This document shows, one piece after another, positions 49,288 through 58,577 of a stretch of DNA of 64,000 bases (positions within the stretch are counted from its first letter, which is position 1; every line of letters begins with the position of its first letter). Origin of the DNA: Ignavibacteria bacterium. Its GTDB lineage: Bacteria > Bacteroidota > Ignavibacteria > Tepidaquicellales > Tepidaquicellaceae. The translations under genes and the position numbers were made by a program. The notes beneath the pieces are model-generated. The model made no database searches. It was not told the origin of the DNA and saw nothing but the letters and a program-made list of their open reading frames with translations. Location: contig JAOADD010000017.1 of the NCBI GenBank assembly GCA_026417495.1, forward strand, positions 17,911 to 81,910, read 5' to 3'.

Positions 49288-50850
49288 ATGAGGAAATTAA
49301 TTTTTATTTTAGCTTTTTTTCTATTTCCACTTGTTTCATTCTCACAATTTTATGGGTATAAATTCAAAGGTGGGATTAATTTTAATTATTTGTATCCTAC
49401 TACTGAATTAACATCTGACGAATTCTCATTTTTAGGGAGAGGATTTTTTAACATTGAACTTCATAAAATGCTTAGTTTAGAAATTGGAGGTGGTTATGGT
49501 AGAATGAGAATGACAGATGAACTTACTCACTATCCAGGTGCTGGATTAGTAGAGAGTGAAATTATTCCGGTGGATTTACGATTAAGGTTTAACCCCTGGT
49601 CATATTTAAAATCTGTTAATCCTTACTTCTATGCAGGAGGTGGGGTTATTCGATATGTTGTATTAGAAGGTGAAAATTCTTATGTAGGAGAAGGTGAAAA
49701 TGTAATGTATGTACAAAAAGAAAAGAAAAAGGTTAACGGTTGGGCTGCTATTACCCCCGTTGTTGGAGCAGGTATTGAGATAAAACTCGCTAAAAATGTA
49801 CTTTTAGACATACAATTAGGATGGAGTTATTATACATCTGATTATGTTAACAATAATAATTGGGCTAATTTTAATGATGGAAACTTTCACGGGGGAATTG
49901 GATTTACATTTTGTGGTGAAAGAGATGCTGATGATGATAAGGACGGTTTGTTAACTTCATTTGAAGAGGAGATAGGAACTGATCCATTTAATCCTGATAC
50001 TGATGGTGATGGATTGAAAGATGGTCAGGAAGTAAATACATACAAGACAAATCCTTTGTTACCTGATACTGATGATGACGGTTTAAACGATTATCTAGAG
50101 GTTATGAAACATAAAACAAATCCAACCAATCCTGATACAGATGGTGACGGACTTAAAGATGGAGAGGAAGTTAATAAATATTACACAGACCCATTAATGA
50201 AAGATACTGATAATGATGGTTTGACAGATTTCGAAGAAGTAAAAACCACCAAAACTGACCCAATCAGACCAGATACTGACGGAGACGGTCTGTATGATGG
50301 TGAAGAGGTTAATGTTCACAAAACAAATCCATTAAAACCCGATTCAGATGAAGATGAATTGAATGATTATGAAGAAGTAAAAAAATATAAAACAAAACCA
50401 TTAAAAGCAGATACCGATGCTGGTACTATAAATGATGGTATAGAAGTAAGAAGGGGAACAAACCCATTAGACCCATCTGATGATGTTGTAAAAGAAGAAA
50501 TAAAAGTAGGAGAAGTCGTAGTGCTTGAAGGTGTAAACTTTGAAACAAATAGTTCAAGAATTACTCCAGAGTCAGAAACCATTCTTCAAAAAACTCTTGA
50601 ATATATGAAAAAACATCCCGAGGAAAAATATGAAATCAGTGGTCATACAGATTCAAGAGGCTCTAGAGAAAAAAATATGAGACTATCACAAGAGCGTGCA
50701 GAAGCAGTTAAGAATTGGTTGGTTGAGCATGGAATAGATGAGAGTCGTTTAACCGCTGTTGGTTATGGTCCTGATATGCCAATTGTTCCCAATACTTCAG
50801 AAGAAAATATGTATAAGAACCGCAGAGTAGAATTTAAAAGAATTAAATAA
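49288..50850 (+). CDS. OmpA family outer-membrane protein with thrombospondin type-3 repeats
   Basis: Signal peptide MRKLIFILAFFLFPLVSFSQ, an N-terminal beta-barrel-like region, D.D.DG Ca-binding repeats, and a C-terminal OmpA domain (ISGHTDSRGS...NRRVEFK). Confidence 0.88.
   Translation: MRKLIFILAFFLFPLVSFSQFYGYKFKGGINFNYLYPTTELTSDEFSFLGRGFFNIELHKMLSLEIGGGYGRMRMTDELTHYPGAGLVESEIIPVDLRLRFNPWSYLKSVNPYFYAGGGVIRYVVLEGENSYVGEGENVMYVQKEKKKVNGWAAITPVVGAGIEIKLAKNVLLDIQLGWSYYTSDYVNNNNWANFNDGNFHGGIGFTFCGERDADDDKDGLLTSFEEEIGTDPFNPDTDGDGLKDGQEVNTYKTNPLLPDTDDDGLNDYLEVMKHKTNPTNPDTDGDGLKDGEEVNKYYTDPLMKDTDNDGLTDFEEVKTTKTDPIRPDTDGDGLYDGEEVNVHKTNPLKPDSDEDELNDYEEVKKYKTKPLKADTDAGTINDGIEVRRGTNPLDPSDDVVKEEIKVGEVVVLEGVNFETNSSRITPESETILQKTLEYMKKHPEEKYEISGHTDSRGSREKNMRLSQERAEAVKNWLVEHGIDESRLTAVGYGPDMPIVPNTSEENMYKNRRVEFKRIK
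49924..50484 (+). repeat. about eight tandem thrombospondin type-3-like coding repeats (about 23 aa each)
   Basis: Recurrent units of the form PDTDGDGLKDGEEVN.YKTNPL read in frame within the OmpA-family gene. Confidence 0.85.
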
Positions 50851-50880
50851 AATAGTATTTCAATAATTTATTATAAAAAA

Positions 50881-50904
50881 ACCCTCATTTATATGAGGGT
50901 TTTT
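50881..50904. terminator. bidirectional rho-independent terminator between the OmpA-family gene and tRNA-Thr
   Basis: An 8-bp stem, accctcat (50881-50888) pairing with atgagggt (50893-50900), has a 4-nt loop. It is flanked by an A-run upstream and a T-run downstream. Confidence 0.75.
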
Positions 50905-50937
50905 CATTTTAATAAAATCTTTTTAAAATTCAATATG

Positions 50938-51010
50938 AGCTAGCGTGGGGATTTGAACCCCTGCCCTTTTGATTACGAATCAACTGCTCTACCAACTGAG
51001 CTACGCTAGC
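50938..51010 (-). tRNA. tRNA-Thr (anticodon CGU)
   Basis: The minus strand folds by hand as GCTAGCG TA GCTC AGTTGGTA GAGC A GTTGA TTCGTAA TCAAA AGGGC AGGGG TTCAAAT CCCCA CGCTAGC T. This is a 73-nt cloverleaf with U33, anticodon CGT and A37. CCA is not encoded. Confidence 0.88.
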
Positions 51011-51150
51011 TTCTATTTAGGTGAGAATATTATTAAAAAATATCAAAAAATAAATAGTAAAACGAAAAAATAATACGATATATTTTGTATTGACTTATTC
51101 TTTGAAAGGTTTTTAAATATTTATCTTCTAATTATCTTTTATAAAATATT

Positions 51151-52416
51151 CTATGTCCCTTCAGAATAATCGTTTATATATCTAATCTGTTCTGGAGTTA
51201 ATTTATCAATTTTAATATTCATCGTTTTCAGCTTCAAACCTGCAATATATTGGTCTAATTCTTCAGGTAATGTATAAACATCTATTGGGAGTTTTTTTCC
51301 TTTTTTATGATATTCGACCAATCTTAATTGAGCACTAAACTGATTTGAAAAGCTCATATCCATAACTTCAGAAGGATGTCCTTCTGCTGCTGATAAATTA
51401 ACTAATCTTCCACGAGCAAGTAAGAAAATTCTTTTACCATTTTTCAGAGTATATTCTTCACAATTGGGACGGAGTAGTCTTTTTCTCTTTGCAAGCCTCT
51501 CCAGATCATTAATATTAATTTCACAGTCGTAATGACCTGTATTACACACAATTGCTCCATCTTTCATCATTTTAAAATGCCTGCCTACAATCACATCTTT
51601 AACCCCAGTTGCTGTAACAAAAATATCTCCTATCTTGGCTGCTTCATCCATTTTCATAACACTATGTCCATCGAGAGTTGCTTTAAGAGCTGCAGTAGGC
51701 TTTACTTCCGTAATGAAAGTGTTTGCTCCAAGCCCTTTTGCTTTATTAGCAACACCACTCCCACAATGACCATATCCAGCTACCACAAAATTCTTGCCAG
51801 GTATCATCACAGAAGTTGCTCTTAAAATACCATCAATTGTTGATTGTCCTGTACCATAAACATTATCAAAATCCCACTTAGTAATTGAATCATTTACAGC
51901 AAAAACAGGATACTTTAAAGCCCCATCCTCTGCCATTTTTCTTAATCTATGAACTCCTGTTGTTGTTTCTTCTGTTCCTCCTATTATATTAGGAATTAAA
52001 TTTGTGAATTTTCGGTGTACAGTGAAAATTAAATCTGCTCCATCATCAAGTGTTAAATTAGGTTTAAAATCAAGAGTTCTTTCAATACACCAATAAAATT
52101 CCTTTGTACTCATTCCATTCCAAGCAAAAATAGATACACCTTCCGCTGCAAGAGCTGCTGCAACATCATCCTGTGTTGAAAGTGGATTGCAGCCACTCCA
52201 GGATACTTCTGCACCAGCATCAACAAAAGTTCTTACAAGAACAGCAGTTTCTTTTGTTACATGTAAACATCCTGCAATTTTGTAACCCTTAAAGGGTTTT
52301 GTCTTTTTGTATTTTGCTCTTAAAGTAGCAAGGACAGGCATACGAGATTCTGCCCAATCAATCTTTTTTCTACCTTGCTCTGCTAAACTTAAATCCTTTA
52401 CCTTATATTTAAGCAT
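51151..52416 (-). CDS. ahcY: adenosylhomocysteinase
   Basis: 421 aa. N-terminus YKVKDLSLAEQGRKKIDWAE, NAD-binding VVAGYGHCGSG, and a conserved C-terminal region. Confidence 0.92.
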   Translation of the reverse strand: MLKYKVKDLSLAEQGRKKIDWAESRMPVLATLRAKYKKTKPFKGYKIAGCLHVTKETAVLVRTFVDAGAEVSWSGCNPLSTQDDVAAALAAEGVSIFAWNGMSTKEFYWCIERTLDFKPNLTLDDGADLIFTVHRKFTNLIPNIIGGTEETTTGVHRLRKMAEDGALKYPVFAVNDSITKWDFDNVYGTGQSTIDGILRATSVMIPGKNFVVAGYGHCGSGVANKAKGLGANTFITEVKPTAALKATLDGHSVMKMDEAAKIGDIFVTATGVKDVIVGRHFKMMKDGAIVCNTGHYDCEININDLERLAKRKRLLRPNCEEYTLKNGKRIFLLARGRLVNLSAAEGHPSEVMDMSFSNQFSAQLRLVEYHKKGKKLPIDVYTLPEELDQYIAGLKLKTMNIKIDKLTPEQIRYINDYSEGT

Positions 52417-52608
52417 ACTTATTTTTTTAATTATTTACAAATTTAATAATTTATAAATTCAGTCTAAAGTCCGTTTTATTTATAATATTTGTTATATGAA
52501 TTTCAAATTTATTATTAATCTAAAATTTATAACACGCAACTAAATTTTTATTAAATAATATTTGGACTTTTTAGAGAGGTAGAATAATATAAAAAATAAA
52601 GTATAAAA

Positions 52609-54405
52609 TTATTTTTTCTTTTCTATTTTAATCCCAAGTTCTTTTAGTTGCTTATCATCAACATAACTTGGGCAGTCATCCATAAGAGAGGTTGCACTAA
52701 CTGTTTTGGGAAATGCAATTACATCTTTTATTGATTTTAATCCGCATAATATTGCAATTATTCTATCGTATCCAAAAGCAATTCCGCCATGAGGTGGTGC
52801 GCCATATTTAAATGCTTCTGTAAGAAAGCCAAATTTTTTTTCTGCTTCTTCATGTGATAATCCGATGATTTCAAAAATCTTCTTCTGCACATCTGGCTTA
52901 TGTATTCTAATACTTCCACTACCAATTTCATTTCCATTTAATACAAGGTCATAACAAACTGCTCTTATACTCTCTAGAGTTTTTCTGTCTCTTGAATCAA
53001 GTAAATGTATATGATCAGCTCTTGGACTAGTAAAAGGATGATGTTCACCTTCAAACTTATTTTCTTCTTCATTATATTTTAAAAGTGGAAAATCCGTAAT
53101 CCAAATAAATTCGAATCCTGATTCATCAATCAACTTGAAATCTTCAGCAATCTTATTTCTCAACAAACCAAGCGTAGTTAAAACTTTATTCCGATCTCCT
53201 GTTAGTATGAAAATAATATCGCCATTTTCTATTGCAAATTTTTTCAAAAGAGAATTTATTTCTTCTTCACTCAAATATTTCAGGATTGGAGAACTAATTT
53301 TTCCAGTTTCATCAATTTTTAAATAGATTAAACCACCAAATCCAACTTTCTTGACAAATTCTGTATATCCATCAATAACTCTTCTTGTAATTTCTATTTT
53401 CTTTTCAGGTGAATTTTTTAATCTAATACCTGCAATTAATTCACCACTTTCTATTGCATTTTTGAAAATATTAAAATTACTTTTTCCAAAAATCTCTGTT
53501 AATTCTTTTATAGTTAAATCATTTCTAATTCTTAAGTCTGGTTTATCAGAGCCGTACAAATTTATTACTTCATCATAAGTAAATCTTCTAAATGGAATTT
53601 TTATATCAATATTCAGAATCTTTTTCCAAATTTCTTTAAATAGCCCTTCAGAAATAGTAAATATGTCTTCTTGAGTAATAAAACTCATTTCTACATCAAT
53701 CTGAGTAAATTCTGGTTGCCTATCAGCTCTTAAATCTTCATCTCTAAAGCATTTGCATATCTGAACATATCTATCTAATCCTGCAACCATTAATATCTGC
53801 TTATAAGTTTGCGGTGATTGTGGTAGTGCATAGAATTTTCCATGATGTATTCTCGATGGGACTAGATAATCGCGTGCTCCTTCGGGAGTTGATTTCATCA
53901 AAATAGGTGTTTCTACTTCAATGAAATTGTACCTTTTAAAATAATCGTGAACAATGTAGTATACTTCACTTCGAATAGTCAAATTTTTTGTCATCACTCT
54001 TCTTCGAAGATCGAGATATCTATATTTTAATCTCAACTCCTCAGATGCTTTTACATCTTCTTCTATATTAAAAGGTAATACTTCTGATTCATTTAACACC
54101 TGTAGTTCATCAACATCTATCTCAATTTCCCCTGTCGGAATATTTGGATTTATACTCTCTCTTCTAATAACTTTTCCTGTTGCAGAAATCACAAATTCAT
54201 TTCTAAGCTTTAGTGCAATTTCGTATATTTCTTTTTTATCAGGAGAAATTTTAAGTTGAGTGATACCATATCTATCCCTTAAATCAATAAAATACAGCCC
54301 TCCTAAATCTCTTATTCTTGCAACCCAACCATTAAGAGTTACAATTTTTCCAATAGCGGTAGGGTTAAGTTCTCCGCAATTATGTGTTCTTTTTCTGAAA
54401 TTCAT
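52609..54405 (-). CDS. aspS: aspartate--tRNA ligase
   Basis: OB-fold N-terminus, class II motif 2 FRDEDLRADRQPEFTQID, motif 3 GGIAFGYDR. The 598-aa length is bacterial-type with the insertion domain. Confidence 0.94.
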   Translation of the reverse strand: MNFRKRTHNCGELNPTAIGKIVTLNGWVARIRDLGGLYFIDLRDRYGITQLKISPDKKEIYEIALKLRNEFVISATGKVIRRESINPNIPTGEIEIDVDELQVLNESEVLPFNIEEDVKASEELRLKYRYLDLRRRVMTKNLTIRSEVYYIVHDYFKRYNFIEVETPILMKSTPEGARDYLVPSRIHHGKFYALPQSPQTYKQILMVAGLDRYVQICKCFRDEDLRADRQPEFTQIDVEMSFITQEDIFTISEGLFKEIWKKILNIDIKIPFRRFTYDEVINLYGSDKPDLRIRNDLTIKELTEIFGKSNFNIFKNAIESGELIAGIRLKNSPEKKIEITRRVIDGYTEFVKKVGFGGLIYLKIDETGKISSPILKYLSEEEINSLLKKFAIENGDIIFILTGDRNKVLTTLGLLRNKIAEDFKLIDESGFEFIWITDFPLLKYNEEENKFEGEHHPFTSPRADHIHLLDSRDRKTLESIRAVCYDLVLNGNEIGSGSIRIHKPDVQKKIFEIIGLSHEEAEKKFGFLTEAFKYGAPPHGGIAFGYDRIIAILCGLKSIKDVIAFPKTVSATSLMDDCPSYVDDKQLKELGIKIEKKK

Positions 54406-54414
54406 TGAATTATA

Positions 54415-54771
54415 TTAATGTAATTCCTTTATTTTCTCTGTGGTAAGTTCGTAACATTCTTTCATCTCTGGTAAAAGTATTTTTACCCCTTCTAAATCAC
54501 CTGCTCTCGCCTTTTTTTCAATTTCAGCACATAACCTTGAAAGCTCCATAGCACCTATATTTGAACTAGACCCCTTTAATGTATGTGTATTATTAGCGAT
54601 AGCATCTTTATCCCCTGAATCCATACCTTTCTCAATCTTATCCAGCAATTTTTTTGACTCAGTAAGGTATATTTTAATTAATTCAGATAGAAAATTACTA
54701 TCTTCAGTATCTAATTCTTTCAAATTCTGAATGATTTCATAATTCAATAAATTTTCTTTGTCATATCCCAT
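54415..54771 (-). CDS. stand-alone histidine phosphotransfer (Hpt) protein
   Basis: HTLKGSSSNIGA motif (H..KG) in a 118-aa helical protein. Confidence 0.8.
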   Translation of the reverse strand: MGYDKENLLNYEIIQNLKELDTEDSNFLSELIKIYLTESKKLLDKIEKGMDSGDKDAIANNTHTLKGSSSNIGAMELSRLCAEIEKKARAGDLEGVKILLPEMKECYELTTEKIKELH

Positions 54772-54788
54772 AATGATATTGTTAATTA

Positions 54789-56171
54789 TTAATTGTTAAT
54801 TTTAAATTTATGCGGATTTATACCTAATTTTGCTATCTTCTGCCTCAAACTTACAGGATGAAAATTTATGGCTTTAGCAGTTGCAGCAACATTTCCATTA
54901 TGAATCTTCAAATGTTTTGTAATAAAATCAATTTCAAATTGCCTTATAACTTTATTTTTACACTCATTATAATCATTAATATCAGTTATATTATTTTCTG
55001 CTGTATTTAAAATACTATTAGGCAATAAATCAGTTGTAATTACTCCCCTATCTGCTAATACTGTTACTCTTTCAGCAACATTTTTTAATTCTCGGATATT
55101 TCCAGGCCAGGAATATTTTTGTAATGCTATTTTGACATCATTATCAATTTTTAAATCACCTTTTTGGTGCATTTCTGCAAATTGCTTAACAAATTTCTCA
55201 AAGTAATATAATATATCTTCGGGTCTTTCAACAAGAGATGGTAAGCGAAATTCAAAAACATTTAATCTATAATACAAATCTTCTCTAAACTTTCCTTCTT
55301 TAATCGCTTGATTCAAATCTCTATTTGTAGCTGCTATAATTCTTACATCTGTTTTTAAAATTTTTGTATCCCCTACTCGTGAAAATTCTTTTTCCTGAAT
55401 TACTCTTAATAATTTAATTTGCAACAATGGATCTAATTCACCTATCTCATCAAGAAATATCGTTCCATTATTTGCAATTTCAAAATACCCTTTATGATCT
55501 TTAACAGCTCCTGTAAAAGCTCCTTTCACATGTCCAAAAAGTTCAGATTCAAGAAGTAATGAAGGAATCGCAGCACAATTTAATACGACAAATTGTTTAT
55601 CATGCCTTTTACTATTTTTATGTATAAATTTAGCAAGAACTTCTTTCCCTGTACCATTTGCTCCAGTAATTAATACAGATGAGTCTGTCTCTGCTATTTT
55701 TCTTGCTTCTTGCACTAATGCTTTTACTTGTTCACTTGATGTATCATACTCGATACTTTCTTTTTTCTTCTCCAATTCTTGCCTTAAAAGCAAATTTTCG
55801 TTCATCAAATTCACTTTCTCCAAACCTCTTGCAATGGATAACAATAGTTCTTCTGCATTTATCGGTTTTGTCATATAATCATAAGCACCTTTTCTCATAG
55901 CTTCTACTACATTTTTAATTGAATCATAAGCAGTAACAAGAATCACAATCATATCGGGTTCTAAAGAGAGAACTTTTTCTGTTAATTCGATACCATTCAT
56001 ATCGGGCATACTGAAATCTGTAACGAGAACATCATATTTAAACTGTTTTACCCTTTCAATAGCACTATTTGCATCAAAAACAGCAGTTACTGAATGGTTT
56101 CCCTTTTCAAGTATTTTCTTTAGAGTAAATATTGTCGATGCTTCATCATCAACAATGAGAACATTTGCCAT
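54789..56171 (-). CDS. sigma-54-dependent response regulator (NtrC family)
   Basis: REC domain (DVLVTDFSMPDMNG), AAA+ domain (GANGTGKE, ESELFGH, GAFTGA), and a C-terminal Fis-type HTH. Confidence 0.9.
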   Translation of the reverse strand: MANVLIVDDEASTIFTLKKILEKGNHSVTAVFDANSAIERVKQFKYDVLVTDFSMPDMNGIELTEKVLSLEPDMIVILVTAYDSIKNVVEAMRKGAYDYMTKPINAEELLLSIARGLEKVNLMNENLLLRQELEKKKESIEYDTSSEQVKALVQEARKIAETDSSVLITGANGTGKEVLAKFIHKNSKRHDKQFVVLNCAAIPSLLLESELFGHVKGAFTGAVKDHKGYFEIANNGTIFLDEIGELDPLLQIKLLRVIQEKEFSRVGDTKILKTDVRIIAATNRDLNQAIKEGKFREDLYYRLNVFEFRLPSLVERPEDILYYFEKFVKQFAEMHQKGDLKIDNDVKIALQKYSWPGNIRELKNVAERVTVLADRGVITTDLLPNSILNTAENNITDINDYNECKNKVIRQFEIDFITKHLKIHNGNVAATAKAINFHPVSLRQKIAKLGINPHKFKINN

Positions 56172-56240
56172 AAGAATAAACTTTTTTTATAAGATAATTT
56201 AAAAAAAGTAAAATAAATATGTAAATAAATATCTAAAAAA

Positions 56241-58574
56241 TTACTTTATTACTATCATTTTTTTAGTAATACGAGTACTGGTTGTTTCGAGTGTGTATAA
56301 ATATATCCCTGAGGAAATGTTTTCTGCATTAAAATTTATTTTGTAAGAACCAGCATTTAAAAACTCTGAGAATAATTGCTTTACTAATCTTCCTGATATA
56401 TCGTAAACTTTCAAAGTTGCTAGAGTTGACTGTGGTAAATCAAATTCAATTATAGTGTTGCTGTTAAAAGGATTTGGATAATTTTGGTTAAGGTGAAATT
56501 TCTCTGGAACATTTGAACTTATATTCTGAACACCAATAGAACCACCAGACTCAGAAATTCTTTTAGAAAATTCCTGAAAGTATTTATTTGCCATTAATGA
56601 ATCATAAATAACAAAAATATTTTCATCATTTCCTATAGTTGCATTATTTGTAAAATTGTATGAACCAGTAATTACAATCGGTGAACTGGATGCTAACTCC
56701 GGGTCTAATATTATATACTTATGATGTAACAATCCTGAATATGGTTCAAGATAAACTCTCGCAGGAGGATTCCATGGATAGGTTCCACCTATACCTTTCA
56801 TCTCAAGATAAAGATTATTATTATAATTATTCTCATAGTCAAATACACCTCTCACCATAACATTAGGTGGATTATATTTTGTTTTCATACGATTGGCAAT
56901 CTGGAATCTAGTAAAAGCAAAAATACAAAAATTTATTGATTTGTGGGTCTCATTTAAAATTAAATTCTCAATAACGGTAGAGACATTATCACTCGGAGAA
57001 AAATAACATTCATACCTTCTACCATTAATATTTAAAATATGAGGTGTATTATCAAGTTTTTGTGGTCCAAACTTTGCTAGTGCAGGATTATTTACATTGT
57101 TATGAGAACCCCACATTTCTTCAAACTCTCTGGTGTATATTTTGCATAAAGTTTCGTCTTGTATCAGTAATACATTTTGATAATCAGAGTAAAACTGCTG
57201 ATTAGTAATATTAGCAGAACCGAACCATAACCAATCATCTGAGTAAGAGGAAGTATCCCTTGAATCAAATATAAAAAACTTATTGTGCATTAAATAACCA
57301 CTCGAATTTTGGGGTCTGATTTGCACAGGGATACCAGCATTTATTAAATCTTGCATAAGTGGTTGAACAACTCCATCTCTATAATCATATACTATTCTTA
57401 TTTTCACACCTCTTGCGAAAGCATTAATTAGTTTATCTCGAATTAATGTAATATTATCAAAAGAATACAATGCAATATCTATTGAGTACTGAGCCGAATC
57501 TATCCTATGAATTAATCTATTTTTTAAATCCACATTTCCTGTCGCTTTATTGTTGGGATATGCAATTGAAGTATCAACAGAAAAATTGAAATATAATTCC
57601 ATTTTACCTGTAGAAGAACTATGGGAAGAAGTCGCAAAATATTTTGGAACATAAACGCTAGTACCATTCGAATTAGTTGATGAAATATGTGCATAATAAA
57701 TAGTACCTGGCTTCAAATTATTCAAAGTAAGAGAATGATTTGTAACCATTGCAGGATTATACACAGAATCAGTATATACCACAGGTTGATATAAGGAATC
57801 AGAAACAAAATATTTTATTTTAGAATCACCAGCAGTAGTTGTTGTCCAGTTTATAGTAACTGAAGTTTGTGTAATATTTGTCTCAATGGGTATAGAGTTA
57901 ATTCCTGGACCTGGTAATATAAAGTCAGATGTGCTACGTGGTAAGAATTGATAACCACTATTATACGGTGGTGATGTTTTATACTGACTCCCTATTGCAA
58001 TAATATCAACAGGTGTTTGAGGTATTAAAGTACCTACTATATTTGTATAAGTGCTAATCCTAAGAGTATTGGGATAAGTACCAGTAGCATCTGTGACGCT
58101 ATAATTAGTATTTCCTTGAAAATTACCAGAAGCATTTATTGTAACTCCATTAAACCTGATCAATACACTTTCATATTGTTCAAGTCCATTCCATTGTTGA
58201 TTTGTAAATTGTTGCAAATTTATTACAACAGGATTTACGGTTTTTCCCGTTCCTACAATCGAGAAATTCGTAACAGGTGTAAATTCAGTTAGACCATTGA
58301 AGTGTACAATCACACCAGTAACTATTACACTATCTCCAATTTGAACGGAAGAAGTAAAATTAGAATCATAAGCACAGATACCTGCAGTATTATCCTGTAG
58401 AAAACTTTGCATATAACCGAACTTTGCAGTGACAACTCCAGTAACCGTTCTTGTTTGATTTAATAGAAGTGGGACACCATTAGCATCATTCATTCTAATA
58501 GATGCAATTGGAACAACTTGCGAGTATAAATTACCAATAAGAAAACAATAAAGTACAACTAAATATTTTTTCAT
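56241..58574 (-). CDS. secreted two-HKD phospholipase D-family enzyme (putative extracellular nuclease/phosphodiesterase) with T9SS C-terminal sorting domain
   Basis: Signal peptide. An N-terminal OB-like domain and an FN3-like domain (SVTINWTT...LKPGTIYY). Two HKD motifs (LMHNKFFIFD and LLHHKYIILD). The C-terminus NYPNPFNSNTIIEF...GIYLYTL is typical of Por secretion tails. Confidence 0.78.
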   Translation of the reverse strand: MKKYLVVLYCFLIGNLYSQVVPIASIRMNDANGVPLLLNQTRTVTGVVTAKFGYMQSFLQDNTAGICAYDSNFTSSVQIGDSVIVTGVIVHFNGLTEFTPVTNFSIVGTGKTVNPVVINLQQFTNQQWNGLEQYESVLIRFNGVTINASGNFQGNTNYSVTDATGTYPNTLRISTYTNIVGTLIPQTPVDIIAIGSQYKTSPPYNSGYQFLPRSTSDFILPGPGINSIPIETNITQTSVTINWTTTTAGDSKIKYFVSDSLYQPVVYTDSVYNPAMVTNHSLTLNNLKPGTIYYAHISSTNSNGTSVYVPKYFATSSHSSSTGKMELYFNFSVDTSIAYPNNKATGNVDLKNRLIHRIDSAQYSIDIALYSFDNITLIRDKLINAFARGVKIRIVYDYRDGVVQPLMQDLINAGIPVQIRPQNSSGYLMHNKFFIFDSRDTSSYSDDWLWFGSANITNQQFYSDYQNVLLIQDETLCKIYTREFEEMWGSHNNVNNPALAKFGPQKLDNTPHILNINGRRYECYFSPSDNVSTVIENLILNETHKSINFCIFAFTRFQIANRMKTKYNPPNVMVRGVFDYENNYNNNLYLEMKGIGGTYPWNPPARVYLEPYSGLLHHKYIILDPELASSSPIVITGSYNFTNNATIGNDENIFVIYDSLMANKYFQEFSKRISESGGSIGVQNISSNVPEKFHLNQNYPNPFNSNTIIEFDLPQSTLATLKVYDISGRLVKQLFSEFLNAGSYKINFNAENISSGIYLYTLETTSTRITKKMIVIK

Positions 58575-58577
58575 TAT

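Noticed and set aside
52417-52608. Possible SAH riboswitch upstream of ahcY
   Set aside because: The leader is AT-rich, without the GC-rich pseudoknot elements of the SAH riboswitch. Nothing is foldable by eye.
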